From positions 1-29,613 of the forward strand of contig NIVC01000849.1 in assembly GCA_002269645.1 (NCBI GenBank): a stretch of DNA of 29,613 nucleotides, written 5' to 3'. Below are positions 11,881-23,507 of the stretch, piece after piece (within the stretch, counting starts at the first letter, position 1; each line of letters starts with the position of its first letter). The notes below the pieces were generated by a model. That model was not told the origin of the DNA, did no database searches, and saw only the letters and a list, made by a program, of their open reading frames with translations. Both the position numbers and the translations under genes were made by a program. Origin of the DNA: Macrostomum lignano. Its lineage: Eukaryota.

Positions 11881-14439
11881 TCAGCTTCGGACAGAGCCGC
11901 TCCAGCCGAAGATGATGTGACCCCGCCGGTGACCTCCCCTGTCGCCAGCTCCCAGTCCTGACGGTCCTCCGCCGGCTGCGCTGCCTGTGCCGCCAATCGG
12001 TGGCCAATCGTCTACGTTGCTGTCGAAGCAAGCGGCGCTGGTTGCCTTAGCAACCGCCGAAGATTGGACACCGGTTTGTTGAACTTTCTGTTTCGGCTTC
12101 CAATTAGCCGGCGACTGGATTTGGCTATCGCAGCTGCTTCCGCTGCAGCAGTCCAGTTCAATAGAGGGCGCCGCTTGCTGCCTGACATCAAAGCCGGCCG
12201 CCAGCGCCGCCTGTCGGCTTATTGATGCTTGCGCCGCGCTGAGTGATCTGGAGGTTATTTGTAGGTCACAAAGCTTTATCCCCGATTGTAAATGTACATG
12301 TGGGTAAAAGTACGAACGCTTTGTAGATATTTCCGTCTGTCTCATAGTGTCCTTCTATCCGTCTCCTAGTGTCCTTCTATCCGTCTCCTAGTGTCCTTCT
12401 ATCCGTCTCCTAGTGTCCTTCTATCCGTCTCCTAGTGTCCTTCTATCCGTCTCCTAGTGTCCTTCTATCCGTCTCCTAGTGTCCTTCTATCCGTCTCCTA
12501 GTGTCCTACCTGTCTGTCTCCTAGTGTCCTACCTGTCTGTCTCCTAGTGTCCTACCTGTCTGTCTCCTAGTGTCCTACCTGTCTGTCTCCTAGTGTCCTA
12601 CCTGTCTGTCTCCCAATGTCCTACCTGTCTGTCTCCTAGTGTCCTACCTGTCTGTCTCCCAATGTCCTACCTGTCTGTCTCCCAGTGTCCTTCTATCTGT
12701 CTGTCTCCCAGTGTCCTTCTATCTGTATCCCAGTGTCCTACCTGTCTGTCTCCCAGTGTCCTACCTGTCTGTCTCCCAGTGTCCTACCTGTCTGTCTCCC
12801 AATGTCCTACCTGTCTGTCTCCCAGTGTCCTACCTGTCTGTCTCCCAGTGTCCTACCTGTCTGTCTCCCAATGTCCTACCTGTCTGTCTCCCAATGTCCT
12901 ACCTGTCTGTCTCCCAGTGTCCTTCTATCTGTCTCCTAGTGTCCTTCTGTCTGTCTCCTAGTGTCCTTCTGTCTGTCTCCTAGTGTCCTTCTATCTGTCT
13001 CCCAGTGTCCTTCTATCTGTCTCCTAGTGTCCTTCTGTCTGTCTCCTAGTGTCCTTCTATCTGTCTCCCAGTGTCCTACCTGTCTGTCTCCTAGTGTCCT
13101 ACCTGTCTGTCTCCCAGTGTCCTTCTGTCTCCCAGTGTCCTACCTGTCTGTCTCCTAGTGTCCTTCTATCTGTCTCCCAGTGTCCTACCTGTCTGTCTCC
13201 TAGTGTCCTTCTATCTGTCTCCTAGTGTCCTTCTGTCTGTCTCCTAGTGTCCTTCTATCTGTCTCCCAGTGTCCTTCTATCTGTCTCCTAGTGTCCTTCT
13301 GTCTGTCTCCTAGTGTCCTTCTATCTGTCTCCTAGTGTCCTTCTATCTGTCTCCCAGTGTCCTACCTGTCTGTCTCCTAGTGTCCTACCTGTCTGTCTCC
13401 CAGTGTCCTTCTGTCTCCCAGTGTCCTACCTGTCTGTCTCCTAGTGTCCTTCTATCTGTCTCCCAGTGTCCTACCTGTCTGTCTCCTAGTGTCCTTCTAT
13501 CTGTCTCCCAGTGTCCTACCTGTCTGTCTCCTAGTGTCCTTCTATCTGTCTCCCAGTGTCCTACCTGTCTGTCTCCTAGTGTCCTACCTGTCTGTCTCCC
13601 AGTGTCCTTCTGTCTCCCAGTGTCCTACCTGTCTGTCTCCTAGTGTCCTTCTATCTGTCTCCCAGTGTCCTACCTGTCTGTCTCCTAGTGTCCTTCTATC
13701 TGTCTCCCAGTGTCCTACCTATCTGTCTCCTAGTGTCCTTCTATCTGTCTCCCAGTGTCCTACCTGTCTGTCTCCCAGTGTCCTACCTGTCTGTCTCCCA
13801 GTGTCCTACCTGTCTGTCTCCCAGTGTCCTACCTGTCTGTCTCCCAGTGTCCTTCTATCTGTCTGTCTCCTAGTGTCCTTCTATCTGTCTCCTAGTGTCC
13901 TTCTGTCTGTCTCCTAGTGTCCTTCTGTCTGTCTCCTAGTGTCCTTCTATCTGTCTCCTAGTGTCCTTCTATCTGTCTCCTAGTGTCCTTCTATCTGTCT
14001 GTCTCCTAGTGTCCTTCTATCTGTCTCCTAGTGTCCTTCTATCTATCTGTCTCCTAGTGTCCTTCTGTCTGTCTGCCTTCTACAGTCTGTCATCTGCACT
14101 TTCTCTTTCATTACCAATAAACTAGCCACGATCTTGGATCTCCCAGAGACAGCCACATACTCACAGTCTCCAGTCCCCACGCGAGCCACCTTCATTTCCC
14201 AACTTTTGCCTGCTTTTTCTTCGATCAGTCAGCAGCGTCATGGCCAAACTCTGGCGCCGCAGGCTGCTGTCTACTTGACTGAGCTGCTGGCGTCGCTGAC
14301 GGAGCTTCTTCATCTTGCGCAGTCTCCGGTGGCAGTACTGCGACAGCCGGCACAGCAGGGCCGTCAGCACGATGAAGCAGCCGCAGCTGGCCACCACGCC
14401 GCCCGTGGCCCAGACTACCGTGACCAGCTCGGGGTCCAT
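11881..14439 (-). CDS. Orphan single-pass membrane protein (~213 aa if MDPEL is the start; may have further 5' exons); exons 14439-14165 and 12247-11881
   Basis: [30 protein letters not shown] followed by basic [20 protein letters not shown]. The donor ct|GTGAGT (phase 2) joins cctccAG|a at 12247 in frame to a Ser/Ala/Gly-rich tail and stop. GC-rich coding-like codons between the repeats. Confidence 0.6.
12333..14075. repeat. ~1.7-kb minisatellite of 22/23-bp variant units (tagtgtccttctatccgtctcc, cagtgtcctacctgtctgtctcc), intronic in gene D
   Basis: Visible; variant units occur in homogenised blocks. Confidence 0.95.
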
Positions 14440-14480
14440 CTGTACTCTTGCGTTGAGAAATAAAATTAGACTAAACTGTA

Positions 14481-15688
<1,208 letters not shown>

Positions 15689-15690
15689 GC

Positions 15691-17350
15691 TCCCCCATCT
15701 CCCTTTACTCCCCCAGGCTCCCTTCTTGGCTACCTCACTCCCCATCTCCCTCCTTGGCACTCCCCCCATCTCCCTCCTTGGCTACCTCACTCCTCCCTCC
15801 TTGGCTACCTCACTCCCACTCCCTCTTGGCTACCTCACTATCTCTCTTGGCTACCTCACTCCCCATCTCCCCTTGGCACTCCCCCCCCTTGGCTACCTCA
15901 CTCCCCTCTTGGCTTGTTCATCCGATCACTCCCTTCTTGGCTATCACTCATCTTTCGGCATCACTACCCACTCCCTTCTTGGCTACCTCACTCCCCATCT
16001 CTTTGCACTACTATCTCCCTTCTTGGCTACCTCACTCCCCCATCTCCCTTCTTGGCTACCTCACTCCCCCATCTCCCTTCTTGGCTACCTCACTCCCCCA
16101 TCTCCCTTCTTGGCTACCTCACTCCCCCATCTCCCTTCTTGGCTACCTCACTCCCCCATCTCCCTCTTGGCTACCTCACTCCCCATCTCCCTTCTTGGCT
16201 ACCTCACTCCCCATCTCCCTTCTTGGCTACCTCACTCCCCCATCTCCCTCCTTGGCTACCTCACTCCCCATCTCCCTTCTTGGCTACCTCACTCCCCATC
16301 TCCCTTCTTGGCTACCTCACTCCCCATCTCCCTTCTTGGCTACCTCACTCCCCCATCTCCCTCCTTGGCTACCTCACTCCCCCATCTCCCTCTTGGCTAC
16401 CTCACTCCCCATCTCCCTTCTTGGCTACCTCACTCCCCCATCTCCCTCTTGGCTACCTCACTCCCCATCTCCCTCCTTGGCTACCTCACTCCCATCTCTC
16501 CTCCTTGGCTACCTCACTCCCCATCTCTCCCTCCTTGGCTACCTCACTCCCCATCTCCCTCCTTGGCTACCTCACTCCCATCTCCCTCCTTGGCTACCTC
16601 ACTCCCACATCTCCCTCCTTGGCTACCTCACTCCCCATCTCCCTCCTTGGCTACCTCACTCCTCATCTCCCTCCTTGGCTACCTCACTCCCACATCTCCC
16701 TCCTTGGCTACCTCACTCCCACATCTCCCTCCTTGGCTAACTCACTCCCCATCTCCCTCCTTGGCTACCTCACTCCCCCATCTCCCTCCTTGGCTACCTC
16801 ACTCCCCATCTCCCTCCTTGGCTACCTCACTCCCACATCTCCCTCCTTGGCTACCTCACTCCCATCTCCCTCCTTGGCTACCTCACTCCCCATCTCCCTC
16901 CTTGGCTACCTCACTCCCCATCTCCCTCCTTGGCTACCTCACTTCCCCATCTCCCTCCTTGGCTACCTCACTCCCCATCTCCCTCCTTGGCTACCTCACT
17001 CCTCCATCTCCCTCCTTGGCTACCTCACTCCCCACTCCCCTTGGCTACCTCACTCCTCTCCCTCTTGGCTACCTCACTCCCCATCTCCCTTCTTGGCTAC
17101 CTCACTCCCCCATCTCCCTCCTTGGCTACCTCACTCCCCCATCTCCCTCCTTGGCTACCTCACTCCCCCATCTCCCTCCTTGGCTACCTCACTCCCACAT
17201 CTCCCTCCTTGGCTAACTCACTCCCCCATCTCCCTCCTTGGCTACCTCACTCCCCCATCTCCCTCCTTGGCTACCCCACTTCTGCATCTCCCTCTCAGCT
17301 ACCTCACTTCATTATCTCTCTCCTTAGCTACCTCACACCCTACCTCCCTC
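15691..17350. repeat. ~1.65-kb pyrimidine-rich minisatellite, 27-30-bp unit (cttggctacctcactccccatctccctc)
   Basis: Visible; source of the LATSL/GYLTP/WLPHS pseudo-ORFs. Confidence 0.96.
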
Positions 17351-17546
17351 TCTCACTCTTAATCTCACTCATGATCTCACTTGAAAACTCATTCCTTAAT
17401 TGAATCATGAGCTCTTAACTAATGAATTCACTACATCCTGAAATATCTGCATCACTCCTTGTTTATTTATACCCCAGACTGCACCGACAAGAGAAGAAAC
17501 AGTATTGTCCGTGTGGATGAACCATCTTCTTTTTCTGCCGCTATAA

Positions 17547-17918
17547 GCGAGGACAGAAAGGGCAGCCAAAGGGCTAACCCGGTGTACCTCCTTGCCCCAG
17601 AGAAACCCCAAGACCCTCCAATTCCTGTCCCTCGACAAACGTCTTGCCTGGGTCGCCTTCTCCGCTTCAGCCAAGGGAAAGCAAGATGGCATTGATTTCA
17701 AGATGCGTTTCCCAGCTTTGCCTGTCTTCCTCGCGATAGTGCGCGTGGTTTCCAGTACGTACGAGCTACTAGTGCATATGCGCAGATCCAAGATAGTGGG
17801 GGAGAGAGCATTCTGGAAAGCAAAAAGACAGACAGAGACAGACAGAAAGTATATTAAAAACTGGAAAAGCCGAGCTCTTCTAAGTCGCATCAACATCTTT
17901 TACAATTATCGTGATTAA
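17547..17918 (+). other. Unidentified stop-free, coding-like frame (possible exon or transposon-derived fragment)
   Basis: Open frame ...LDKRLAWVAFSASAKGKQDGIDFKMRFPALPVFLAIVRVV...ETDRKYIKNWKSRALLSRINIFYNYRD*, with a candidate acceptor ccttgccccAG at 17600. No confident family match. Confidence 0.25.
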
Positions 17919-18244
17919 TAACTAGCAAGTAAGGCCTCTCCAGCAAGGTAAGACTGCAGTTTCTATCGACGCAAATGTGTTTACATGAGAACTTGATTGT
18001 TCAGTAAGCGGCTGCATTTATAGTTACTTCTAGTTTTTTGTTGGGAATTCTACGGATTCGGTAAACAAGTGGAACTGGTTTTCTGTTCAGTACAGCATAC
18101 ATCACCCGCTGTTTGCCTGCACTTTTTTTTAACTATTGCATACTTGGACTTTGGCTTGTACTTTTAAAAGAAATTGCGTTAACGAAGAACCACATATAAG
18201 ATAATAGCTTGAACCCGTTGAAATTTAATCACAATCTGATTTGA

Positions 18245-18301
18245 TACACCTGTTTAGACAGTAATTACACCTGTTTAGACAGTAGTCACACCTGTTTAGA
18301 C
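18245..18301. repeat. 21-bp minisatellite (acacctgtttagacagtaatt), left remnant interrupted by the MULE
   Basis: Same unit resumes at 20855. Confidence 0.9.
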
Positions 18302-18449
18302 GGTTTACCCCGATTCGCCGATTCCCGATTCGCCGATTCCCGATTCGCCGATTCCTGCTTCGCCGAAATTCCTGATTTGCCGATTCCTGCTTCGCCGAAA
18401 TTCCTGATTTGCCGATTCCTGCTTCGCCGAAATTCCTGATTTGCCGATT
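18302..18449. repeat. Left TIR/subterminal region built of tandem gattcgccgattcc subrepeats
   Basis: Inverted counterpart at 20781-20854. Confidence 0.85.
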
Positions 18450-19067
18450 ACCCCATTGACCGTCCACTCACACACGCACACACACAGGCGCACCATCAGC
18501 TGAACAAGTGCTTCCGGGGATCAGACTTGGAGACAATTATTATTGTAGTTATATTATTGTAATATTGTATTTTGGATTGTATTAAAATTGTATTATTTGT
18601 ATTATTATTATTACTGTAGGTGACAACAGCTGCGGAAAGTTCAGATAAAAGGATAGAAAATATGTAATAAACTCTTGTGGCAAAAATCTTATTAGTACCC
18701 GGCCCGGAAGGAACCCAGAGAAACAGAGGAACACCGAGGTTGGCGAGAACACGGAGGCGAAGCAACAGCCTCCAACAAGACTCGAATGCTTGTATATTTG
18801 GTGACGAACACGGCATTTTATTTTTAAAAGAAGAAGAATAAAAAAAATTTAGCGAGAGCGAGAACGCAGGAGCTCCTGAGAGAAAACGGGGCATTAAAAA
18901 CCCTCAGCAGGCGGAGGGGGGAGGGCCGCTGCACAAAGGAGGGTAGAGACACACAACGCACAACCCCCCCCCACGCCAACCCCGCGCACGCACAAAGGCC
19001 CAAAACCAACCCCCCGGGGGTACTAAAGCTGGTCTGCTCAAAGGCACGCCTCAGAGCAAACCAAGGC

Positions 19068-19182
19068 ATTATGTCACGGCAAGAGAAATGTTCAAAGCTG
19101 CATGGTTATTATGTCACGGCAAGAGAAATGTTCAAAGCTGCATGGTTATTATGTCACGGCAAGAGAAATGTTCAAAGCTGCA
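19068..19182. repeat. 40-bp tandem triplication overlapping the inferred transposase stop
   Basis: atgtcacggc recurs at 19071, 19111 and 19151. Confidence 0.9.
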
Positions 19183-20575
19183 GCTGGTAGCCACAAGCGT
19201 CAAGGAACTGCTCCAGTGTTCTCTGGCCTGCTTAAAACTCGTCCCGGAGTCTTGCAATTGTTGTTGCCAGCCTCTTCGCGCGAGAGCTTTGCCGACTGGT
19301 GACATTGCCAGCGGCTCGTTGCTGAATGCGTGTCTGGCAGTTCCGGAGCTCCTTCACAACCTCGCGCACAAAAGAATGAACGTTGAGACGATGGTTCCCC
19401 GCGACTTGGTTGAGGGCGTGATGACGACCCTCGGCGGCGTTGATGGTCCTGTCGTCGTCTTCACCGTAGTGGCTCCACAGTGGCGGTTGAAACTGTGCGG
19501 CCCCGTCGATCCAAGTAGTAGTCACATAGTCCATCAATGCGACCACTTGAGCATGATTCGGATGGGCTTGGGCAGGCATGTCTCCGAGGATGAACTGGAA
19601 GGCATCTTTCACTCCAGCCAGTGGCATCAACGGCAGCGCCATCAGACGCCGAACGGTTGCCCTCACCTCGGGGTCACCTTCGTACGCTGCCTTCAATCCA
19701 GCGGAGGCAACGCGGCGTAGGATGCACTGGCAGAAGTGGAAAAAGCAGCCTCGCAAAGCAGGTTGCGGATAGTGTGGCCACCTACCAGTCGCTGCGTTCA
19801 TGCTTCCGGCTTCGAAGTCCGTCAGAATGGTCGTTGCCATGCAGTCATGACCTGTTACTCGACGAACCTCAGCATGTCTCATACGTTCTCTGATCCTTTG
19901 CGGGAAGCAGAAAGAAGACAAGAGGCTCCCACGCACCGAGGACCTTGCCGTGAATGATGAACAGCTGGTAGAAGATCTCAGGGCAGCAGCTGAAAGTACC
20001 ATCAATCTGCAACCGTTCGCACTCGCCAAGTCTTGCCAGCAGAGCGTCCGTCGTGAATCCAACGACCCGTGGTCCCACCAGATTCAATGCGCGCGAGTCC
20101 AAAACGGTGGCAGTGTTGAACACCTCCGCCTCGACCTCGTAGTGCTGAGCTGTCGGAGGCAACGGTGGAACGACCGCAAGTCGAGCGTGGTATGCGGCCG
20201 TCTTGACGCTGGAGAACGTGGGCACCGTGGCGAGATCTGCACCCTCGGCAGCATTTGTCGCCACCTGGTCTCGGTAGATCCGTGCAATTGGAAGGGCAGA
20301 TTCTTGTGCCTGCGCCTTCACTGTCTCGGCAAAAGCTTTGCGCTTGAGAGCGGCGGCCGATGGCGGCGGGTGTTCGTGACTTCCAGACGTCGACGTCACA
20401 AACCCGTCTTCAACATTGACCCGAGAATTGCAGCGTTCCTCTCGGCACTTGTAGTAGGAAGCCACCAGACTCTTTTTGTCCACGCGATACAGGTAGCCAT
20501 CGCGGAGCAGAAGCTGGCCTCCCGTTCGCTCACTACGAATTCGGCCCTTTCGGGTGCGGGTCCGGCCTGAGCCAT
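19172..20575 (-). pseudogene. Disrupted FLYWCH-MULE DDE transposase
   Basis: ATG at 20575. FLYWCH-like LLRDGYLY...YYKCREERC...H-x-H; catalytic-domain motifs IDGTF, TDFE, GCFFH and RT(I)NAAEG; C-terminal LEQFLDACGYQL*. Needs about three frameshifts (~20520 and two at ~19820-19875) and read-through of two TAA codons. Confidence 0.9.
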
Positions 20576-20780
20576 AACTTATGTTGTCTTGAGGTCACTG
20601 GCTCACGTGTTGAGTTGTATTTACAAAAGTGTGACTGCCTCAACTGGAAATCTGGCCCTTATATACGAGCGTGCGGACAGGGCTAGGCAGGAGAGCCTCC
20701 AGAGCTGGCCAATCACAACCCGGCCCACCTGGCATGCATCCACTTCCACCTGTGGCGTCGCACAATTAGAAACTGGAAGG

Positions 20781-20854
20781 TTCGGCGAGTCAGGAATTCG
20801 GCGAATCGGGAATCGGCGAATCGGAATCGGGATTCGGCGAATCGGGGGTAAACC
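20781..20854. repeat. Right TIR of the MULE (ggaatcggcgaatc subrepeats)
   Basis: Reverse complement begins ggtttacccccgattcgccga, matching the left end. Confidence 0.85.
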
Positions 20855-21117
20855 GTTTAGACAGTAATTACACCTTTTTAGACAGTACTTACACCTGTTT
20901 AGACAGTAATCACACCTGTTTAGACAGTAATTACACCTGTTTAGACAGTAATTACACCTGTTTAGACAGTAATTACACCTGTTGAGACAGTAATTACACC
21001 TGTTTGGACAGTAATTACACCTGTTTAGACAGTAATTACACCTGTTGAGACAGTAATTACACCTGTTTGGACAGTAATAACACCTGTTTAGACAGTAACT
21101 ACACCTATTTACACCTA
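20855..21117. repeat. 21-bp minisatellite (acacctgtttagacagtaatt), ~12 copies, right part
   Basis: Visible; continuous in register with 18245-18301 once the MULE and one TSD are removed. Confidence 0.95.
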
Positions 21118-21132
21118 TAAGTGAATTTATAC

Positions 21133-21362
21133 CTCACTTCCCCATCTCCCTCCTTGGCTACCTCACTCCATCATCTCTTTCATTGGCTACCTCACTCCAT
21201 CATCTCCCTCCTTAGCTACCTCACTCCCCCATCTCCCTTCTTGGCTACCTCACTCCATCATCTCCCTCCTGGGCTACCTCACTTCCCCATCTCCCTTCTT
21301 GGCTACCTCACTCCACCATCTCCCTTCTTGGCTACCTCACTCCATCATCTCCCTCCTTGGCT
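21133..21362. repeat. Second, shorter block of the cttggctacctcactcc minisatellite family
   Basis: Same unit and orientation as 15691-17350. Confidence 0.92.
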
Positions 21363-21439
21363 AAATTAATCACAGCTGCTTCTATAGAAAGTGAACTACA
21401 TCAGCGCGTCGTCTTGCACTTCTCACAGACTTCGTCAGC

Positions 21440-21934
21440 ATGTCGTCGTCCACGTCCCAGAAGCAACCTCGCAAGGTGCTCATCGCAGTTGACGGCAGTG
21501 CTCACAGCAATCGCGCTCTGAACTGGTACGCCGCCAATCTGGCCAGCCCGGATGACCAGCTGGTGTTTGCCTACGTCGCCGAGCCGCCCCCAGTCAGCCT
21601 GGGAGCCGGGTACGCCAGCGCCGTGTCCGCGGAGCTGTACACCAACAGCGTCAAGGAGGCGGTGCACGCCGGGCACCGACTGGCAGCGGAACTCCGCGAC
21701 CGCTGCGACCAGCTCGGCCTGCCAACCGATTGCAACGTTCGATTTGTTGAACGATTGTCCGCCAATCCCGGACAGGCTCTGGTTGCCATAGCAACCGAAG
21801 AAGACGCTTCGCTGATTGTGGTTGGCAATCGCGGCATCGGGGCTCTTCGACGCACCTTTCTTGGCAGCGTGTCTGACTACGTACTGCATCATGCTCACCG
21901 GCCTGTGGCCATAGTTCCGCCGCCGCACCCGTAG
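21440..21934 (+). CDS. Universal stress protein A-like (USP domain), 164 aa, intronless CDS
   Basis: RKVLIAVDGSAHS at the N-terminus; ATP-binding-type G-x2-G-x9-GS motif in IVVGNRGIGALRRTFLGSVSDYVLHHAHRPVAIVP. Confidence 0.95.
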   Translation: MSSSTSQKQPRKVLIAVDGSAHSNRALNWYAANLASPDDQLVFAYVAEPPPVSLGAGYASAVSAELYTNSVKEAVHAGHRLAAELRDRCDQLGLPTDCNVRFVERLSANPGQALVAIATEEDASLIVVGNRGIGALRRTFLGSVSDYVLHHAHRPVAIVPPPHP

Positions 21935-23507
21935 CAGCAGCAAGGAGCTCGAGACCACGTCTTAGAAACTATGTCCTTGTTTATTCTGCCGAATTATGGC
22001 TTCGAAAAAAAATTAATATTGTGTTTTCTGTTTGTCCTCTCTGACAGCCTCTTCTGTTTGTCATCTCTTGACAGCCTCTTCTGTTTGGTATCATTGTGTG
22101 CACTATATAAGTTATCTAGCCTAAGAGACATATTCAGTCAACTTTTAATTGAGGTCGTTTCATAATTTTAATAAATTTCACCATTCATTATTCCTAACTT
22201 TCTTCTTCGAAATAGTTTATAAGCAATATTAATAGATACATTATCGAGTATTGATTTTTTAGATTTTTTGTGTTAATCAAAGTAAGTGCTATTCCATGAC
22301 ATTATGCCAGAATATAATTCATTCATTCATATTCGCTACTTTCAGTTGAGTAGTAAGTTAAACAGTAGCATTTTAGTGTATTTTTAATTAAAGCCAAGGC
22401 TCATTTATTGGCTCTTACCCCAAACTTAAACCTCCAACCGCGCCTTTCCCCACAATCCCCCCGCCACCCCGCCCCGTTCCTATTTTTATTGCCTTTCTCA
22501 GAATTCCAGCCTAAAGCGGCCATGTACATTTCAGTGGACTGGCCAATGTACATTATTGCTGAACAAATTAGCAAGTTGTTTACGCCTGCAAGCTTGGGCT
22601 TCTAAATCTTAACTTATCAAAGTCATTTCAGCTGCCTTGTTTTTGTAAAATAGCTTATGTATTCTTCTTTGCTACTGAACTGAAAGTAGAAAGCTGCTTT
22701 ACTAAGTATATATGCCTGAGTGGGCGAGTGACCCATCTACGAGCGTAGAAAATTACAGTTAATTAAGCATATTTACGAGTGCAATATTTACTTCAAGTTC
22801 AGTTCAACAGTATCGGGTTTTGAAATTGTTTTAAGATAAAATGAAACAACAGCCAAAAGTTGTATATGCAATCAAATCCAGTAAATTTATATACGACCCG
22901 AAAGTGCTAGTAACGGAAGATCAATGCTAAGATCAATGCTATTTTAGTTTTCGGAGTTGTGATATTTCTGGTTTGCAATTCCCTCCGTTCCGTGCACGAA
23001 CCTCTAATTCAGGTTTACCAGCTTTAACTCTCTTTTCGAATGCGCATCGATTCTTTCACAGCCCAAATGAGCTTACAAGGTGTTAAAACTTGTAATTAAC
23101 GATACACCAGATCCCTCGTACACCCAAACATTCTGTACGAGCTCGTAGTTTATCTTAGGACCGTTAAAAATTAAAAAAGAGACGACATGTGTTTGAAACT
23201 ACATTTATTAGTAACTATAACTACTCTGTCGTAAAAAAACCATTCTCAAAGTTAAGAAACATACACTTCCCGTTCTCGTTTGATTTTTTATTTGACAAAG
23301 ATTTTTTATACAACTGAACTCCTACGAGTCGATTAATCAGTAAGTTTTTTGTAGACAGTCCAATTGATTCGAAGCTAGAATCACTCGCCAGAATTAACCA
23401 TAGAAATATCAATCTAAAGCGGAACTTCCAAGTCCCTTGGTCTAACAGTAGTCTTTCTACTACCCTCCGCTACTCTTCAGTAGTCCATGGTATAAGTAGT
23501 CTTTGTA

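Larger units (their letters stand above)
18302..20854 (-). mobile_element. Mutator-like (MULE) DNA transposon, 2,553 bp, with TIRs and 8-bp TSD gtttagac
   Basis: Ends ggtttacccc... and ...ggggtaaacc; identical gtttagac at 18294-18301 and 20855-20862; internal FLYWCH-MULE transposase remnants. Confidence 0.9.

Noticed and set aside
17405-17896. Minus-strand ORF with a signal-peptide-like start as the 5' exon of gene D
   Set aside because: The hydrophobic part comes from a short gacag repeat, no convincing in-phase donor was found, and it is the antisense shadow of the plus-strand frame
18496-19069. ORFs inside the MULE left arm; tggtgac at 18799 as an LTR primer-binding site
   Set aside because: Low-complexity AT/GC tracts; no LTR pair or retroelement coding sequence nearby
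18225-21373. ttaatcaca direct repeat as the TSD of a larger element
   Set aside because: A 9-bp AT-rich match with no terminal inverted repeats at the implied ends; likely chance
21440-21934. USP as bacterial contamination
   Set aside because: Embedded between eukaryotic satellites and a spliced gene, with no ribosome-binding site or operon context; animal USPs are known
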